This document shows positions 12,962 through 29,521 of a DNA stretch of 64,000 nucleotides, one piece after another. Position 1 is the stretch's first letter. The number at the start of each line of letters is the position of its first letter. Below the pieces are notes generated by a model that was given only the letters and a program-made list of their open reading frames with translations, was not told where the DNA came from and ran no database searches. Position numbers and translations under genes: made by a program. This stretch comes from Eledone cirrhosa. Its lineage: Eukaryota. The DNA lies in assembly GCA_964016885.1 (NCBI GenBank), contig OZ024753.1, positions 44,020,001 to 44,084,000 of the forward strand, in the 5' to 3' direction.

Positions 12962-13199
12962 CAAGGTTGACAGATGACAAGAAAGCAATAAGATTAAGAC
13001 TAATATATCAGGTCAGAAATATAGAACAGCCAGTCTACCAATGCATTTCACAAATTGCTTAAAATAAACTCAAAGAAAAAGAAACTTTAGCATATTTGCA
13101 AAAATTTTCATTAATCTAATGAAAATTCTTGCATATCTGAGATTTGTATATGAATGCATATGTTTACACATATACATATACAAACATGCACTCGCTCAC

Positions 13200-13318
13200 T
13201 TCTACACATGCATGCACATACATGTGTTTATAAGTTTATATATATATATGTATGCATGTATAGGCATATGTATGTATATGTATATATTTGAATATGTATG
13301 TATATATTTATATGTATG

Positions 13319-13349
<31 letters not shown>

Positions 13350-13453
13350 GTATGTACATATATGTATATATGTATGTATATATGTATGTATATATATTTG
13401 TACATATACACATATATGTATATATGTATGTATATATATTTGTACATATACAC

Positions 13454-13496
<43 letters not shown>
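13200..13496. repeat. (TA)n/(TATG)n compound microsatellite
   Basis: Direct reading. Confidence 0.95.
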
Positions 13497-13498
<2 letters not shown>

Positions 13499-13595
13499 AA
13501 CATAAATGGAAATGTGCATTTCCAGTTGATGTTTCATACACAAAAATTTATATAAAATTTTAGCTTGTTCTTTTGTGAGTAGCAATTGAGTAAAT

Positions 13596-13632
13596 GTTAC
13601 TGATGATGGATAAACATCCAGAAACATGTGAC
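13596..13632 (+). ncRNA. Degenerate minimal hammerhead lacking the UH cleavage dinucleotide
   Basis: GTTA-CTGATGA-TGGAT aaac ATCCA-GAAA-CATG-(no UH)-TGAC, inside TA-flanked segment 13497-13712. Confidence 0.5.
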
Positions 13633-13810
13633 TGCCATTCTCATCAGCTACTGAGATAGCTGTAGCTGTATCACAATTTAAAATCTTAATAGTGAAACTC
13701 TTGTACACCACTAATATATATCTATCTATCTTTATATATATCATCATCATCATGATCATCATCGTTTAACGTCCATCTTCCACGCTTGCATGGGTTTGAT
13801 ATGTATATAT

Positions 13811-14171
13811 ATATTAATAAAAGAACGGTGGTATATTCAGTTAGTTCAGGTTTATTTAAACCTCTGTTTAGATATCCTGAGCTCTTCAGACAGCAAAACC
13901 TAAAATAAACATTGAAAGTTCCTAATAAACATTTAAATTTGGAAAACTCCAATAATTTCCATAAAAAAGATTTTCTTTTCATGATACATGGTGTACGGCT
14001 GGCACCATGTCTCATGGAAGGAAAGTCTTTATTAGGAACTTTCAATGTTTATTTTAGGTTTTGCTGTCTGAAGAGCTCAGGATATCTAAACTGATGATCC
14101 TCAGTGAAATATGTATCACAGAGATTTAAATAAACTTGAACTAACTAATATGGCCTCCGATCTTTTATTAA

Positions 14172-14174
<3 letters not shown>
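13811..14174 (+). mobile_element. Fold-back Penelope-like element with HHR in right arm
   Basis: Inverted arms 13811-13929 and 14029-14174 around a ~100-bp spacer, TA-flanked. The left arm lacks 28 nt of the HHR. Confidence 0.75.
14064..14121 (+). ncRNA. Type I hammerhead, minimal stem III
   Basis: CTGT-CTGAAGA-GCT c AGG..CCT c AGT-GAAA-TATGTA-TC-ACAG; predicted cut after 14117. Confidence 0.75.
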
Positions 14175-14203
<29 letters not shown>

Positions 14204-14204
<1 letters not shown>

Positions 14205-14544
14205 CATCATTCATCATCATTTCATTTTACGTCCGCTTTTTCCCTACTTGCAAGGGTGGGACGGGAACTGGTTCTGGCTTGATTTCTACAGTTGGATGCC
14301 CTTCCTAACACCAACCTCATTTACAGTGGGTGCTGGGTGCTTTTTTGCCGTGGCACCTCCACGACCACTTTGCAGTGGAATGATATGGACCCAGTCCCTA
14401 TCATCTCATTTCTACAGCTGAGTAAACTGGAGCAATGTGAAATAAAGTGTCTTGCTCCAGGAAACAACACATCACCCGACCTGAATTGAACTCCCAACCT
14501 TTCGATTGCAAGGCCAATGCTCTAACCACTAAGCCCTGTGCCTC
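14204..14544 (-). mobile_element. SINE-A copy
   Basis: Reverse complement of 5812-6140. Confidence 0.9.
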
Positions 14545-14602
14545 TCTCTCTCTCTCTATATATATATCTATATATCTATATCTATATATATATATATATA
14601 TC

Positions 14603-14790
14603 GGAAAAGAGTCAGGACCCTGACGGCTGAGCTCCGGCCATTTCGACAGCTGTTCAGGCCTAGCTGTTGAAATGGCTGGAGCTCAGCCATCGGGGTCCTG
14701 ACTCTTTTCCTATTTCCCACTCTACTACCCTAAGTATTGAGCACTTTGGTGCGTTATGGCCCAACTGGTTCCTTACCACACCTTCTTTCT
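14603..14790 (+). mobile_element. Family P fold-back element
   Basis: Near-perfect palindrome 14603-14710 containing GAAA-TGGCT ggagctc AGCCA-TC-GGGGTC, then the tail. Confidence 0.75.
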
Positions 14791-15623
14791 TATATATATA
14801 TAAAGTAAATCTCTCCAAATTCCTGATTATTTCCAATATTATTTGAAAACCATATGTAGTGTCTTACATCAGAAATATAGTAACTGTTGGTTTAATACTC
14901 TACGAACTTGCAGAATAAGTTTTCTAGCCACTGTATATAGTTTTGCAACAGAAATTCTATCTGTTCTCATATAAATGAAATCATGTGCATAGCACCAAGT
15001 GTCTTGCTTCTTAAGCATTATATGCTGCCAATGCCTGGCCTTTGATATTATGACCTTTTTGCTTAGCCATAAGCACTCGGTTATTTTCTCTGATATTTAT
15101 ACTTGTATGTATATTATGCTAAAAACAGAATGTACAAGCAAGATGTAGGAGGGCAGTAACTCCAAATAAAAACTGACAAAGAACATGATAACCCATTTGA
15201 ACCATGGCGGCATGAAAACCAAACATAAAATACTGCTGCCAATGATAATAATAATAATAGTATGCACACAAATGTTTATGTATATTCATACTGTTATAAT
15301 TAAGGTACATGGATGGAGGAATTAAAAAGAAAAACTGTATTTAGAATTTTCCATGCCTTTGTGGAAGGTTTTCAAATGAGAAGACATAACTTCAAAAAAT
15401 CAGAATGCAAGTATATCCAAAATGTTTGATCATTTGAGAGCGACCTCCATCAGAAATAGGAAATCACAGCCTGGAAAAAATATCAGCTAGTGCTATGAAA
15501 TGAGGCTTCCATTATAGACAAAGAACTACAGAGGAAACGACAATAAAAGGGTTTGTATATAGAAGCTAAATAGTAACCACAGATCTGACTTAAGTAGAAT
15601 AGGGATAAGATTTCTGAAATTGC

Positions 15624-16175
<552 letters not shown>

Positions 16176-16268
16176 TAGGTGCAAGCTTGACTGTGTGATT
16201 AAGAAGTCTTATGCAATTATATAGTTCTGTGTTCAATCCTATTACATAGCACTTTGAGTATTTTGTCC

Positions 16269-16437
16269 AACGCTCTACCGATACTGCCAATCCACCACTC
16301 TGTTTTGAAATAGTAATTGTTTCCAATTTTGGCACAAGGCCAGTAATTACCCCAGTACATTACTGGTACTTTATTTAATCGACCCCGTAAGGATGAAAGG
16401 CAAAGTTAACCTTGGCAGGATTTGAACTCAAACTGTA
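16269..16437 (-). mobile_element. SINE-B partial copies
   Basis: Head and body fragments of SINE-B in reverse orientation. Confidence 0.7.
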
Positions 16438-17318
16438 AATGCAAATGCAAAGTAGGAAGTTTCAAGTTTAAACTAAGTACTGCATATATGTAAAAAAACA
16501 ACAATTACCTATTTATGTGTGAAGTTAAAACAGATTTGAAGTGTGAGCTCATTCTGTTATTCCTTCAAAATACACTAAAATAATATACAAAAATATGCAA
16601 CTGTACAGAGAAAATGGCTTTACAGACTCAAAACACACAAATAACTGTAGATTAGATAAATATAGTAAATACTTCATTACCACATTAAAGGAGATTAATA
16701 TTATAGTCACCATGAATATATACACAGTTAACTTTCTAGTCATAACATGAAATCTAGAGAGCAGTAAATATTAACAATACAGAAAGTCTGAAAAAAAAAA
16801 TAAGCTCATGTATATAAATAAAGTTTTTATCCTCTTAATATAATAATAGCGAGCAAACTTCAAAGGCTGAATTAGAATTAACACTCAGTTGACCAAACAT
16901 AATTGCAGGCTACAAAGAAACCTGTTCTTTTAATGGTTAAATGATTTCATAGATAATTGATTTCTTTAAGGAAATCAATTATCCATGAAGTGAAGGTAAC
17001 ACCTCAAGCGGAAACCAAATTATGTTATGTCTATTTCTGCAAAGGTAGTTTTAAAGGCCGTTTCCTCAAACCTTATATCCACCTTCCGGAATGAAGGGAA
17101 AAAACCCCATAAACTTATCCAGATATGAATGTTTAAAAGACTATTGTTTTGACTGTTGAAATATCTTCTGGTCAATCATTGAATGTAGAATACCCTTTTA
17201 TAAATGAAACAAGAAAGCAAAGCAATACCAACTATGCCCTTTATGAGAACAAATTCTAGTAAGCCACAGCAGCAAAATAGAATCTGATTGACCTACTGGA
17301 TGGTAGACAAATGAGACT

Positions 17319-17448
17319 AGGGTCATATTTATCAGTGGGTGGAAGGGGCCCTGGGCACCACATGTCAAACAGGGCTCTCTCATGAAACAGCCCTGGCACC
17401 CACAAACCTGAACTGTCTCAGGCTCCACAAGGTCTACATATGTCCCTG
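17319..17448. mobile_element. Putative hAT-like MITE
   Basis: Imperfect TIRs TAGGGTCATATTTAT ... CTACATATGTCCCTG; no clear TSD. Confidence 0.35.
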
Positions 17449-18520
17449 CATAAAACCAAACAAATATTTACAAAACACCTTCTACTAATTAATCATTTTA
17501 TTCCCATATTCCCAATGAAATGTATTGCCTCTTATTTTCAAATTCCTTGATTTCAGTAAGGTCTTTGATAGGGTTTATCACAGCATCCTTTTGTAGACAT
17601 TATCCAACATCTGTGGGAAGCTACTACAGTGATGCTACTAAGTTAGACATGGCTGGGACTAACAATGACTGAAAACTAAAGTTACATATGATGCACATAT
17701 TCATCTATGCACATTTTTCTTTGCATTCGCATTTGTTTTACTATTATTATTTTTTTTTTTTCTAGAGATTCTATTGCCATAGAGTTCTCTTTGATTCAAA
17801 GGATCACCTCAACAAAGAGATAAAAAAAACACCCAATATTAGATGGGAAATTAGATATGAAGTTGTGTTTGGAAGTAGTACATTCTTTGGCTGAAACCCA
17901 GAGACTGTTGGTTTGGTATTTCACCCAGAACATGAGACATCATTAGTCATTTAACAATTTGGAATCTGCCAAAATAGTAAATTCTCTGTTGTATTTCCTT
18001 TTTTTATCATCGATCTCAAAACATATCACTAAGAAGAACCTCTATATGGTTGCACAATCTGCTAGAAATTGCAGCTAAATTTCCTATAATCCCTTTGATA
18101 TCAAACCACCTAAAACTGGTCCTTGTTCGTACAAGACAAAACTGTTTATTTTTAAGTATTTATGTTCATTTAAAAACTTGCCAACAGAATTTTATGTAAG
18201 AGCTTTATGTTATGTTCTAAACATCAGCTTAATAATGAAAAAGTTGTTATATTACTACATACCCCAAATGAGATTACCTAAAATTATTTATCAACAACAA
18301 TAACTACTATATTTTTTGAGGGACAGTTCACTTCATGGTCCCAACGAACAGAGTGGCGAAGATGTTACCCCAGAGGATGGTGAAGGAGATGTACTAGAAC
18401 TGCCTCTTCAACTCAGTCCTTGCTCTTGTGGGTAGCCAACACCATGTCGGTAAAAGTCAGTAGGGATTTGAAAATTATATGTGGTGACTTTCTTTGGAAA
18501 TATGGTAACACAATGGTTAA

Positions 18521-18697
18521 CCCTTTAGCATTTAAACTGGCCATATCCAGCCAGAATTCTCTCACCTCTTTCTCTTCAAACTGGCCACAACCAGCCTTCC
18601 ATAGTTATGTTAAGTTGTTCTCAAAATAATTATGTGAGGTAAAGTGTTTACCATGGAAATACAGTAGTAAATATAGAGTAATGTGAATCCTAAAGGG
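18521..18697. mobile_element. piggyBac-type MITE
   Basis: TTAA|CCCTTTAGCATT ... AATCCTAAAGGG|TTAA; homologous to 28309-28529. Confidence 0.7.
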
Positions 18698-19637
18698 TTA
18701 AATCATACCCTACCATTTAAAAAACACAGCACATTACATAATGTAGTTTTACATAGACCATACCTGTAAGTGCAAACCCTATGGTCATTTTTGACCGAAG
18801 GGATCTTTATCATTTACTGTAAGTATACGATTCTATATTTTGACAGTGGCTGCTTCACTTTGCCAAGCTGAATCATGATGGAATGGTATCTACCTTAGTT
18901 CAGTGTCCTAGCCAGAAAGTCAGTTTTCTCTCCCATCATTTTAATGCCATGAAGAGAGAGATAAACATTAATTCTTTGGACATATTGATTGTGTTGTAAA
19001 CATTAATTATGTAGTTTACTATTGACTTGTATGGAATTAAATTTAGAGTATCATTCTTGGAGAGAGAGAGAAATTTGTATGTGGGTTATATATGTCATAA
19101 TTAATATCTCATAGAATGTTAAAATCATGGGAATCTAATTTTACTGCAATATATCTGTATTTGAAACTATCTAAATTATAGCTTTGGCCAGAGTAGTTTG
19201 CTGTGTGTTATGGATCAAAGAATTAAATTTCCAATGTTACACAGCATTTTGAAATTCCTCCTTTGAACTTACATCAGCATATTAAAAGTAGTCATGAAAA
19301 ATGTATGGATCCATAGTTGTAACATGATTGGTGTAGGGGGGACATCCAGCCGTAAAAAGCTTGCCAAACAAAGGGTTGGGAGTGCCCCTTAGTTGTCTCA
19401 AGGACATGAGTTTCCCCAGTGCAGATGATCTCCCCCATTGAATCACCCAGTACATGCTGTAAAGTGGTTGGTGATAGGAAGGCCATCCAGTTATAGAAAA
19501 CTTCTGGCAGTTAGAACATATCTTTGTACTTTTACACTTTTACATTTTACCAATAATCTTTGATCTGTATGGAACTTTACTTTACTCTCATTTTTCAATT
19601 ATATATATTCATGTATGTATGTGTGTATATATATATA

Positions 19638-19735
19638 TGATTCCCAGGTTCAATCAAAGGTAACCACAGTTAGTAAATCATCAGATTTCTTTTGAATGAA
19701 ACAGTTCTAGTCCCATAGAAGCCATTTTTATATTA

Positions 19736-19740
<5 letters not shown>
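19638..19740. mobile_element. Family R rearranged remnant
   Basis: GAATGAAACAGTTCTAGTCCCATAGAAGC (HHR 3' half) plus the inverted tail; TA-flanked. Confidence 0.6.
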
Positions 19741-19815
<75 letters not shown>

Positions 19816-20369
19816 TTACAGGTCACACCTACATGGGTTTGTTGTCCTCTTAGAAGGTTGCATGTTATAAGTAGTTTCCTGGATGTTTTTATAATAAAGG
19901 GTTCCATCTTGTCATGAAAAACAATGTGAAATGAATTGTCTTGCTCAAGAACACAAGTATTCTTATGAAAAGCAATGTGAGTTTAAGCCTTTGACTCACA
20001 AGTACAATACTCCACCTGGTCCAGAAATAAACTAATACTTTATCCTCTAGGCCATGGACTTCCACTCTTATGAACATACTATAAAGATGAGAATGTTTCT
20101 AGTTCTTTTTAACATGAGTAGGCTTAACACAAGAAGGTGAGTTTTGAGTTGTATTAAATGTCAAATTAATCTGCAATGTCTATAATTAAGCTACCTTTAA
20201 ATCTAGATACAGTTCAGTAAAACTAGAACCTATTCAATATCTATATATGCATATATTGATTTCTGATATTAGCATAAAACCATGTAATTTTGGGAATGGT
20301 GAAGTTGATTAAATCATCTGTGCTTCTTAGCTGGGTCTTTATTTCATTGATGCCGGAAGGATGAAGTGG

Positions 20370-20650
20370 AAGCACAGGGCTTAATAGTAAAGTTGTTGGA
20401 ATTACAATCATAATGTCTTGGGTTCGATTCCTGGACTGTGTTGTGTTCTTGAGTAAAAATACTTAATTTCACATTGCTCCAGCATACTCAGCTGGAAATG
20501 AGAACCAGCAACAGCTGTGGGTTTAACCCTGTGATGGACTGGTGTCCTGTCCAGGGGGGAAGTCTTGTACTCTCACATACTTTAAGCCATGGAAACTGGA
20601 ATAAGCACCGGCCTGAAGAGATTCAAGGCTTGAGCCAGACATTTGTTTTT
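20370..20650 (+). mobile_element. Older tRNA-headed SINE related to SINE-A
   Basis: B box GGTTCGATTCC and core CACATTGCTCCAGCATACTCAGCTG. Confidence 0.65.
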
Positions 20651-21680
20651 AGGAAGGATAAAAAGTAAATCTAGCCTCAGCAATATTTGAACTTGGAACA
20701 GCAGAGCCTTACCAAAATGTTGCAAAACATACTGCTAATTTGCCATTAATTCATATTTTTTTAAAATTGAACATTTTAAGAAGCTCCACTGTGAAAAAGA
20801 AAACCTCCGTTTGGACTGCTAACCCTTTTAATACAAACCCCACACAAGACCGGCTTTAAAGGATTCCTATTGAAATTAAACTCTTCCAAAACAATTTCAT
20901 ACAAGGACCATATGTTCCCTTACTATCTTAGTAATGAAATAATTAATCATTTTAGCAGTAAATCCTTCAAAATTCTTCATTAATTAATTTTAATAGGGTT
21001 TGTTTTATTAGAAATCTTGTCATGAAAGAGTTAATATTCTTAGGTTGGATCACAGAATCAGTAGAGTTCTGGACAACATTATATGTGTTTCAGTATGTAT
21101 ACAAATAAGAGAAGAGGTACTCAATATGTGTGGTAGAATTTATTTATTAATTGCCTTTTAAGGATAAAATAAAGCAAAGTTCTCTGCATAGCAACGGAGA
21201 GAACCATCAGGTTCAAGCAAATATTTGTATCATTAAAATTATGGACAAGTTTTGACATGTTTTTTTACCAAATGTTTATCACATTTCTTTATTTGTTTTA
21301 AGAAACGCCATAAATAGAGAAAGTCCTGCAACATTTCAAGAACTTCTCAATCTTATCTTCTGGCTTAAATGATTTTTATGGCAGTTGCTATTGCCATTTT
21401 TATGACAAATAAGAATCACAAGAGCACTTTTCATTCTTTATCACTGAATTAAATATTTTTGTCAGTTTATATTCAGTAGCTCCAGAAATAGTTTAGTTGC
21501 AGTAACTAGTATTAGTTCAGTAACAAGACACTACACTATGATCTCTCTATTGAGTTTGGATCTATTTAGATCTAGTATTATTATAGCTTTCTTAAGAGTA
21601 GTGGACTGGCAGAATTCTTAGAATATTGGACACGATGTTTCATGGCAGTCCCACATAGATTAATACAACGAATCATCAGT

Positions 21681-22002
21681 GAGAGGCATACGTAGAGTAT
21701 GGCAAGTATGGCACATGCCATAGGTGTCACTTAAAGAAGGGCTCCTCTTGGACTAGGAACACTTTCTATTAAAGTCAGAAAAGCTATTGTCAGAGAATTA
21801 AAAAAGAAACACCATAGACAAAAAATTCACATCATTAAAAGCAAGGAAGATGCAAATATAATTTTCATTAATTTTTTGCAATTAAAAGAAATAACAAACG
21901 TGATTGGTATTTTTGATCTGATTTTATGGGTGTCAGATGTTTGGGCAAGGGTAAAATTTCACTGCTTGCCATAGATACTATTTTCCCCTAGCTATGTCTC
22001 TG
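21681..22002. mobile_element. hAT-like MITE
   Basis: TIRs GAGAGGCATACGTAG ... CTAGCTATGTCTCTG; degenerate 8-bp TSD TCATCAGT/TTACCAGT. Confidence 0.55.
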
Positions 22003-22319
22003 TTACCAGTGATACACTTGGGTTGATCTAATCCACTCTACACTTGTCAAGCATGTGTGGCTGTGTACTAATGTTAAATTATTATTATGCTAGACACACA
22101 AACACAGTCATTCATGTGATTAATACAAATTTTCTATCAGAAAATGGAATAGTTTTTGATAATGGAGTCTATAAAATATGTTTTAGTTGAAAACTTGTTT
22201 GGTTTTCTTGTTGTGGCCTTGTTTTGGTTTTCTTTTGTTTGTGTTTGGTTTTTCTTGTTGGTAGAATGTGTTATTTATTAGTAGAATGGGTTTAACTGCA
22301 GTACTGGCTTAAAAGTTAC

Positions 22320-25060
22320 TTGTTGTTGTTGTTAATGTTGTTGTTGCTTCTGGTGGAGGTGGTGCTGCTGTTGCTATTTGTTGTGTGGTGGTGGTGGTGA
22401 TATTGATTGTGGTGGTGGTGTTGATGTTGTTATTGGTAGAGTGGTAAACTTGGTGTTAGAGGTAGAGGTGGTGGTGATGTTGTTGGTGGTGGTATTGTTT
22501 GTGGAGATGTTGGTGGTGGTGTTGGTTGTGTTGGTGATGTTGATGTAAGTGTTGGAGGTGTTGTTCTTGTTGGTGTTAGTGATTGTTGTGGTGGGGGTGT
22601 TGTAGGTGCTGTAGGTGGTATTTTGTCTTTGCTTGTTTACCATATATTAATTTGAAAATTGCTAAGTCAAGCATTAAAGAACAACAAGAACAACAACAAC
22701 AGTAGCAGTGGAAACAACAACAATAACAACAACAGCAGACTCAACAACAGCAGCAGCAGCAGCAGAAAGAACAACACCAGACCACCACCACCACCAACAA
22801 TAACAACAACAACAACAGAAACACAAAACACTTAACCAACTTTAGTGAAAGTTTCTCTCTAAATTTATTGATACATAATTTTTAAAGTTAGGGCAACTGG
22901 GAAATTTCCTCTGTGGAAGTCATATTGTATGTCTGGAATATTATACACACGTCCAATACTATATGCACACCTCCAATATTCTACACATCACCTCCAATAT
23001 TATACACACCTCCAATAATATATACACACCTCTAATATTCTACACATCACCTCCAATATTCTACACATCACCTCCAATATTATACACACCTCCAATACTA
23101 TATTCACACCTCCAATATTATACACATCACCTCCAATACTATATACACACCTTCAATATTCTACACATCACCTCCAATATTATACACACCTCCAATACTA
23201 TATACACACCTCCAATACTATATGCACACCACCAATATTCTACACACCACCAACATTATACACACCACCAATACTATACACACCTCCAATATTATACACA
23301 CCTGTATAAAATAACGTAATTGGTATTGTTGATGTTCATTAATGCATTTAGTGTTGTTGTTGTTGTTGTTTACAGTTGTGCAGTTTCTGTTTGGTATATT
23401 GTTCCTCTTAATATCATTCATTAGACACACATACACACGCACTGACATACACACAGACACACACACGCACTGACATACACATACACACGCACTGACATAC
23501 ACACACTGACACACACACGCACTGACATACACACACACACTGGCACACACACTGACACACACACACATACACACGCACTGACATACACACACTGACACAC
23601 ACACACACTGACATAAACACACACACTGGCACACACACACACACACTGATACAGACACACACACAAACATGTCAGTACTCCAATATGTTGCTTGACAAGG
23701 CAGCTTTTCCTCTTTAACTCAATAATTAATCTTTTAAGAGAGAAACTAGGATTCCACTGCTACCACCACTACCACCACTACTGCTACCACCACTACCACC
23801 ACTACTGCTACCACCACTACCACTACTGCTACCACCACTACCACCACTGCTATCACCACTACCACCACTGCTACCACCACTACCATCACTGCTACCACCA
23901 CTACCATCACTACTACCGCTACCACCACTACCACTGCTACTGCTACCACCACTACCATCACTACCATCACTACTACCACTACCACTGCTACTGCTACCAC
24001 CACTACCATCACTACCATCACCAATAACAATAGCACCACAACAACCACCATCACCACTATCAACAACACCAGCACCACCACCACCACCAATAACATCACC
24101 ACTATCACAACCATCACCACCACAAGCACCATCACCACCACCACCATCACCACCACCACCACCACCACAAGCACCACCACCACCACAAGCACCATCACCA
24201 CCACCACAAGCCCCACCACCACAACCAACACCACTACCACAAGCACCATCACCACCACCACCACCACCATCACCACCACCACCACCACCACCACAACCAA
24301 CACCACTACCACTACACCACCACCAAGTCTAACTATGGTAGAACAATAACAGAGACTCAGCCTTGTTAAGTAGCAGAAAAAATGGTTGTTTGGCTGATAA
24401 TGCCACCAAAACTAAATATGGAACCAATCAAGCGGAACATTGGTTTTTCCTGATCAACTCTTATTATTGATTATTGCTTGGTTTCCTACTGATTTAGCAG
24501 CAGAAAACACATGCAGGGCTGGGTGAGGGGGAGCTGGTGAAGTTGGAGGGTGGGGTGAGGCTGGGGGGTGGGTGAAGTGGGAGGGCTGGTGGTATGGATG
24601 GTGAAGCGGGTGGGTGTGGTGTGGATGGTGAAGAGGAGGGTAGGGTGTGGATGGTGAAGAGAAGGGTAGGGTGTGGATGGTGAAGCGGGCGGGTGTGGTG
24701 TGGATGGTGAAGAGGGGGGTAGGGTGTGGATGGTGAAGCGGGCGGGTGTGGTGTGGATGGTGAAGCGGGCGGGTGGAGTGTGGATGGTGAAGTAGGAGGG
24801 TAGGGTGAAGGTAGAGTGTGGATGGTGAAGCGGGCGGGTGTGGTGTGGATGGTGAAGCGGGCGGGTGGAGTGTGGATGGTGAAGTAGGAGGGTAGGGTGA
24901 AGGTAGAGTGTGGCTGGTGAAGCTAGGGGGATGAAGCTAGGTTTGGGTGGTGAAGCGGTAGGTTGATTGGCGGCAATGGTGAAGCGGTAGGGTGGGGTGA
25001 GAATGGTGAAGCGGCAGGGTGGGGTGAGGATGGTGAAGCGGCAGGGTGGTATATTGTGGC
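22320..25060. repeat. Block of low-complexity repeats: (GTT/GGT)n, (AAC)n, ~22-bp CACCTCCAATATTATACA minisatellite (22940-23300), (CA)n variants, (CCA/CTA)n, G-rich GTGTGGATGGTGAAGCGGG minisatellite (24590-25050)
   Basis: Direct reading; explains the poly-V/H/T ORFs. Confidence 0.9.
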
Positions 25061-25429
25061 CGGTGAAGCAGGACAATCGGGTGTAAGATGGAAATTTCTT
25101 GCAGAGCGAAGAGAAAATTTTCAGATAATCTTAGAAAGATATTTAGAAATTTTGCAAATGCTGCTTCATCTCATTTTAAATTCTTCCCTGGTCTCACATT
25201 CTACCCCCCTCTTTCTTTCCCCTCTTCCTTGTTTTAATTTTAAATTCTTCCGTGCTCTCTTATTCTCATTCTGCTTTCTTTCTTTCTTTCTTTCTTTCTT
25301 TCTCCCCCTCTATCCACCCCCTCATACTATCCCCCACCACCACCCTCTACAGTTGTTCCACTTCATCGTTCATCAGCAGTTGACATCAGTGACTTGTAAG
25401 ATTATAAATTACAATAAAGAAAATCAAGC

Positions 25430-27159
<1,730 letters not shown>

Positions 27160-28308
27160 CTTAAAAGGGGACAATTAAATGACCGATACTAATCTTGACT
27201 TGATTTAGAGATATTGCTTGTGATTTAATGCTTCTTTATTTTTAACTTTTACCTCCCTGGAATTTATCGATATTTTATTTTTCGCCTCCATTAAACACAT
27301 TCAGTGACTGCCTCTGTTTGTCTGATCTCCTCCTTAATGCTTAAACAACATTGGCGACGACGGATAAAACTAAAAACAATTTTCAGATCCCTCTTCTTCA
27401 TTTTAACTGCTGTGAAAAGTCATTTCTAGAAAGCAATTAATCATTTGTTATTGTTCGTGTACAAAATTAGTAAGTAGGTATGTTATTGCTACTAAATCTT
27501 CTTCCTAAGCCTCCTTCAATAACTGAGTAATATAACATGTGACTCAATATTTCATTGGTCTTAACCCTCTTCAGTAACAAAGTACCTGCAACCGCCCCTT
27601 GGTTTTATTATACAAAACTCTTTAATTTTTAATTGTTTATATTTATCTAGTTGATCTCATTTATCTAAAAGTTTCTTACCATAATTTTATGTAAGAACAT
27701 TTGAATTAACTCAGCATGGGAAGCCAACAAACGTAGGTCTTAAAGAATTAAAGATGAGAGACAAAAAATAGAAATAAAAAAAAAATAAATGGTTTTATTA
27801 GAATCTATTTATTTAATTTGTTAAATTATATTTCAAACACCAGATAAATAATGTGAAAGTTAGTTATATTACTAAATCTTTTCAACATGTGACTCTATAT
27901 TTCATAGGTTTTGACCCTTTTCAGTAACGAACTGCCTGAAACAACGCCTTGGTTCTATCATAAGAAAGTCTTTATTTTTTAATTGTTTATATTTATGTAG
28001 TTGATCTAATTTATCTAAAACCTTGCACTATATTTTTATGGAGGAACATTTGTTAAATTTTATTCCAAACACCAGATAAATGATGTTAAAGTTAGTGGCT
28101 ATGGTAACCATGGCTTTTCTTGTGGGCTTTCTCCACGATAAGCCCTCGGAGGTCTCCCCCACTATTGGGAATTTTTCATCGTTTCCTTTTGTCACACTCT
28201 GCTTTTGTTTTTTTTTACACACACAAATGCCCATTTGCACCGTCCTGTGTTGTCCTTAATGTTATACTTTGTGTCAACCCTTGTGGTTAATAAAGTAAGC
28301 ATTATTAA

Positions 28309-28529
28309 CCCTTATAAATTTAAACCAACTGTATCTGGCCAGAATTCTTTCCCCTCTTTCTGTTCAAACCAACTGTAACTGGCCACTCAAACTGATGATA
28401 AGGTATTGTTTTCAAAATAAATGAAATTAAAATTTCATAGATTCAATATTATGTGAGATAATTGTGTAAGATAAAGCCTTTCCTGTGGAAATATAATACT
28501 ATATATAGAGTAATGTAAATGTTAAAGGG
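28309..28529. mobile_element. piggyBac-type MITE
   Basis: TTAA|CCCTT ... AAAGGG|TTAA; same family as 18521-18697, with a partial copy near 57400-57535. Confidence 0.7.
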
Positions 28530-29521
28530 TTAAACCCTTTCAAATGATTGATTATATTTCAAAATTATTTATAAACCATTGGCAGCAGTGTCTTTCATTA
28601 GAAATATAATAAAAAAAATGGGTCGAAAATAAAAAAAAATAGAAATATCAACCAGTATATATATAGTAAAATATCACAATATATATATATGTATAAAATA
28701 TAGGACAATAACTCTCTTCTCCACCCCTAAAACAACAATATTGAAATGCCAAGGTAAGTAGATTGGTCCAATTACAGAGCATTCAGGTGAATGGCTAAAT
28801 TAGTTGACTTGTTTGGTTGTAAACAGGTAAAAGGAATTGTGCTGTAGTTCAGTGGAGCTCTCCATGTCCTGTTGTATGGTAAACTGCTTGATCTTGCCTT
28901 GTCTTGTAATTTATCCATTAACATTGGTGTATCTGGTCTGTTGGTGTGTGGAGAGATAGGAGGGGTGGAGGAGAGGGGAGGAGGAGAGTGAGACAGAAAT
29001 TGGGAGAGTGGTAGAGAGATAGGGAGAGAGGAGGAGGAGGGAAAAAAGACTAGAGAGATGGAGGGATAGGGAAGTAGAGGAAGAGAAAAAGAGACAGGAG
29101 GAGGAGAGAGAGAGGAAGTAGAAGAAAAGGAGGAGATAGATGGAGAGAAAGAGAAAGAGTGGGAGTAAGAGAAAGACAGAGGATGAGAAAGGAAAGGGTG
29201 AGAAAGAGTGGGAGTGTGAGTGAGAAGGAGAAAGATAAAGGAATATAGGGAAAGAGGTGAAGTGTGAGAGAGTTAAAGCAATACTTGTAGAAGTATTGTT
29301 AACTGTTTACTAAGACCTGGAAGATGGTGGTCTTTGTAGTTAGACTAACATGTTAATATGTTTGTAATAACTTTCCTAGACTCAACTAAAATTACCATAA
29401 CTCTTTGCTGCAAAGCATGGTGTCTGACGCTCTACCGATTCTGCCAATCCACATAATAATAATAATAATTATAGTCAGTATAACATCTACCAGAACAAAA
29501 GCGTCATGAATAATAATAATT

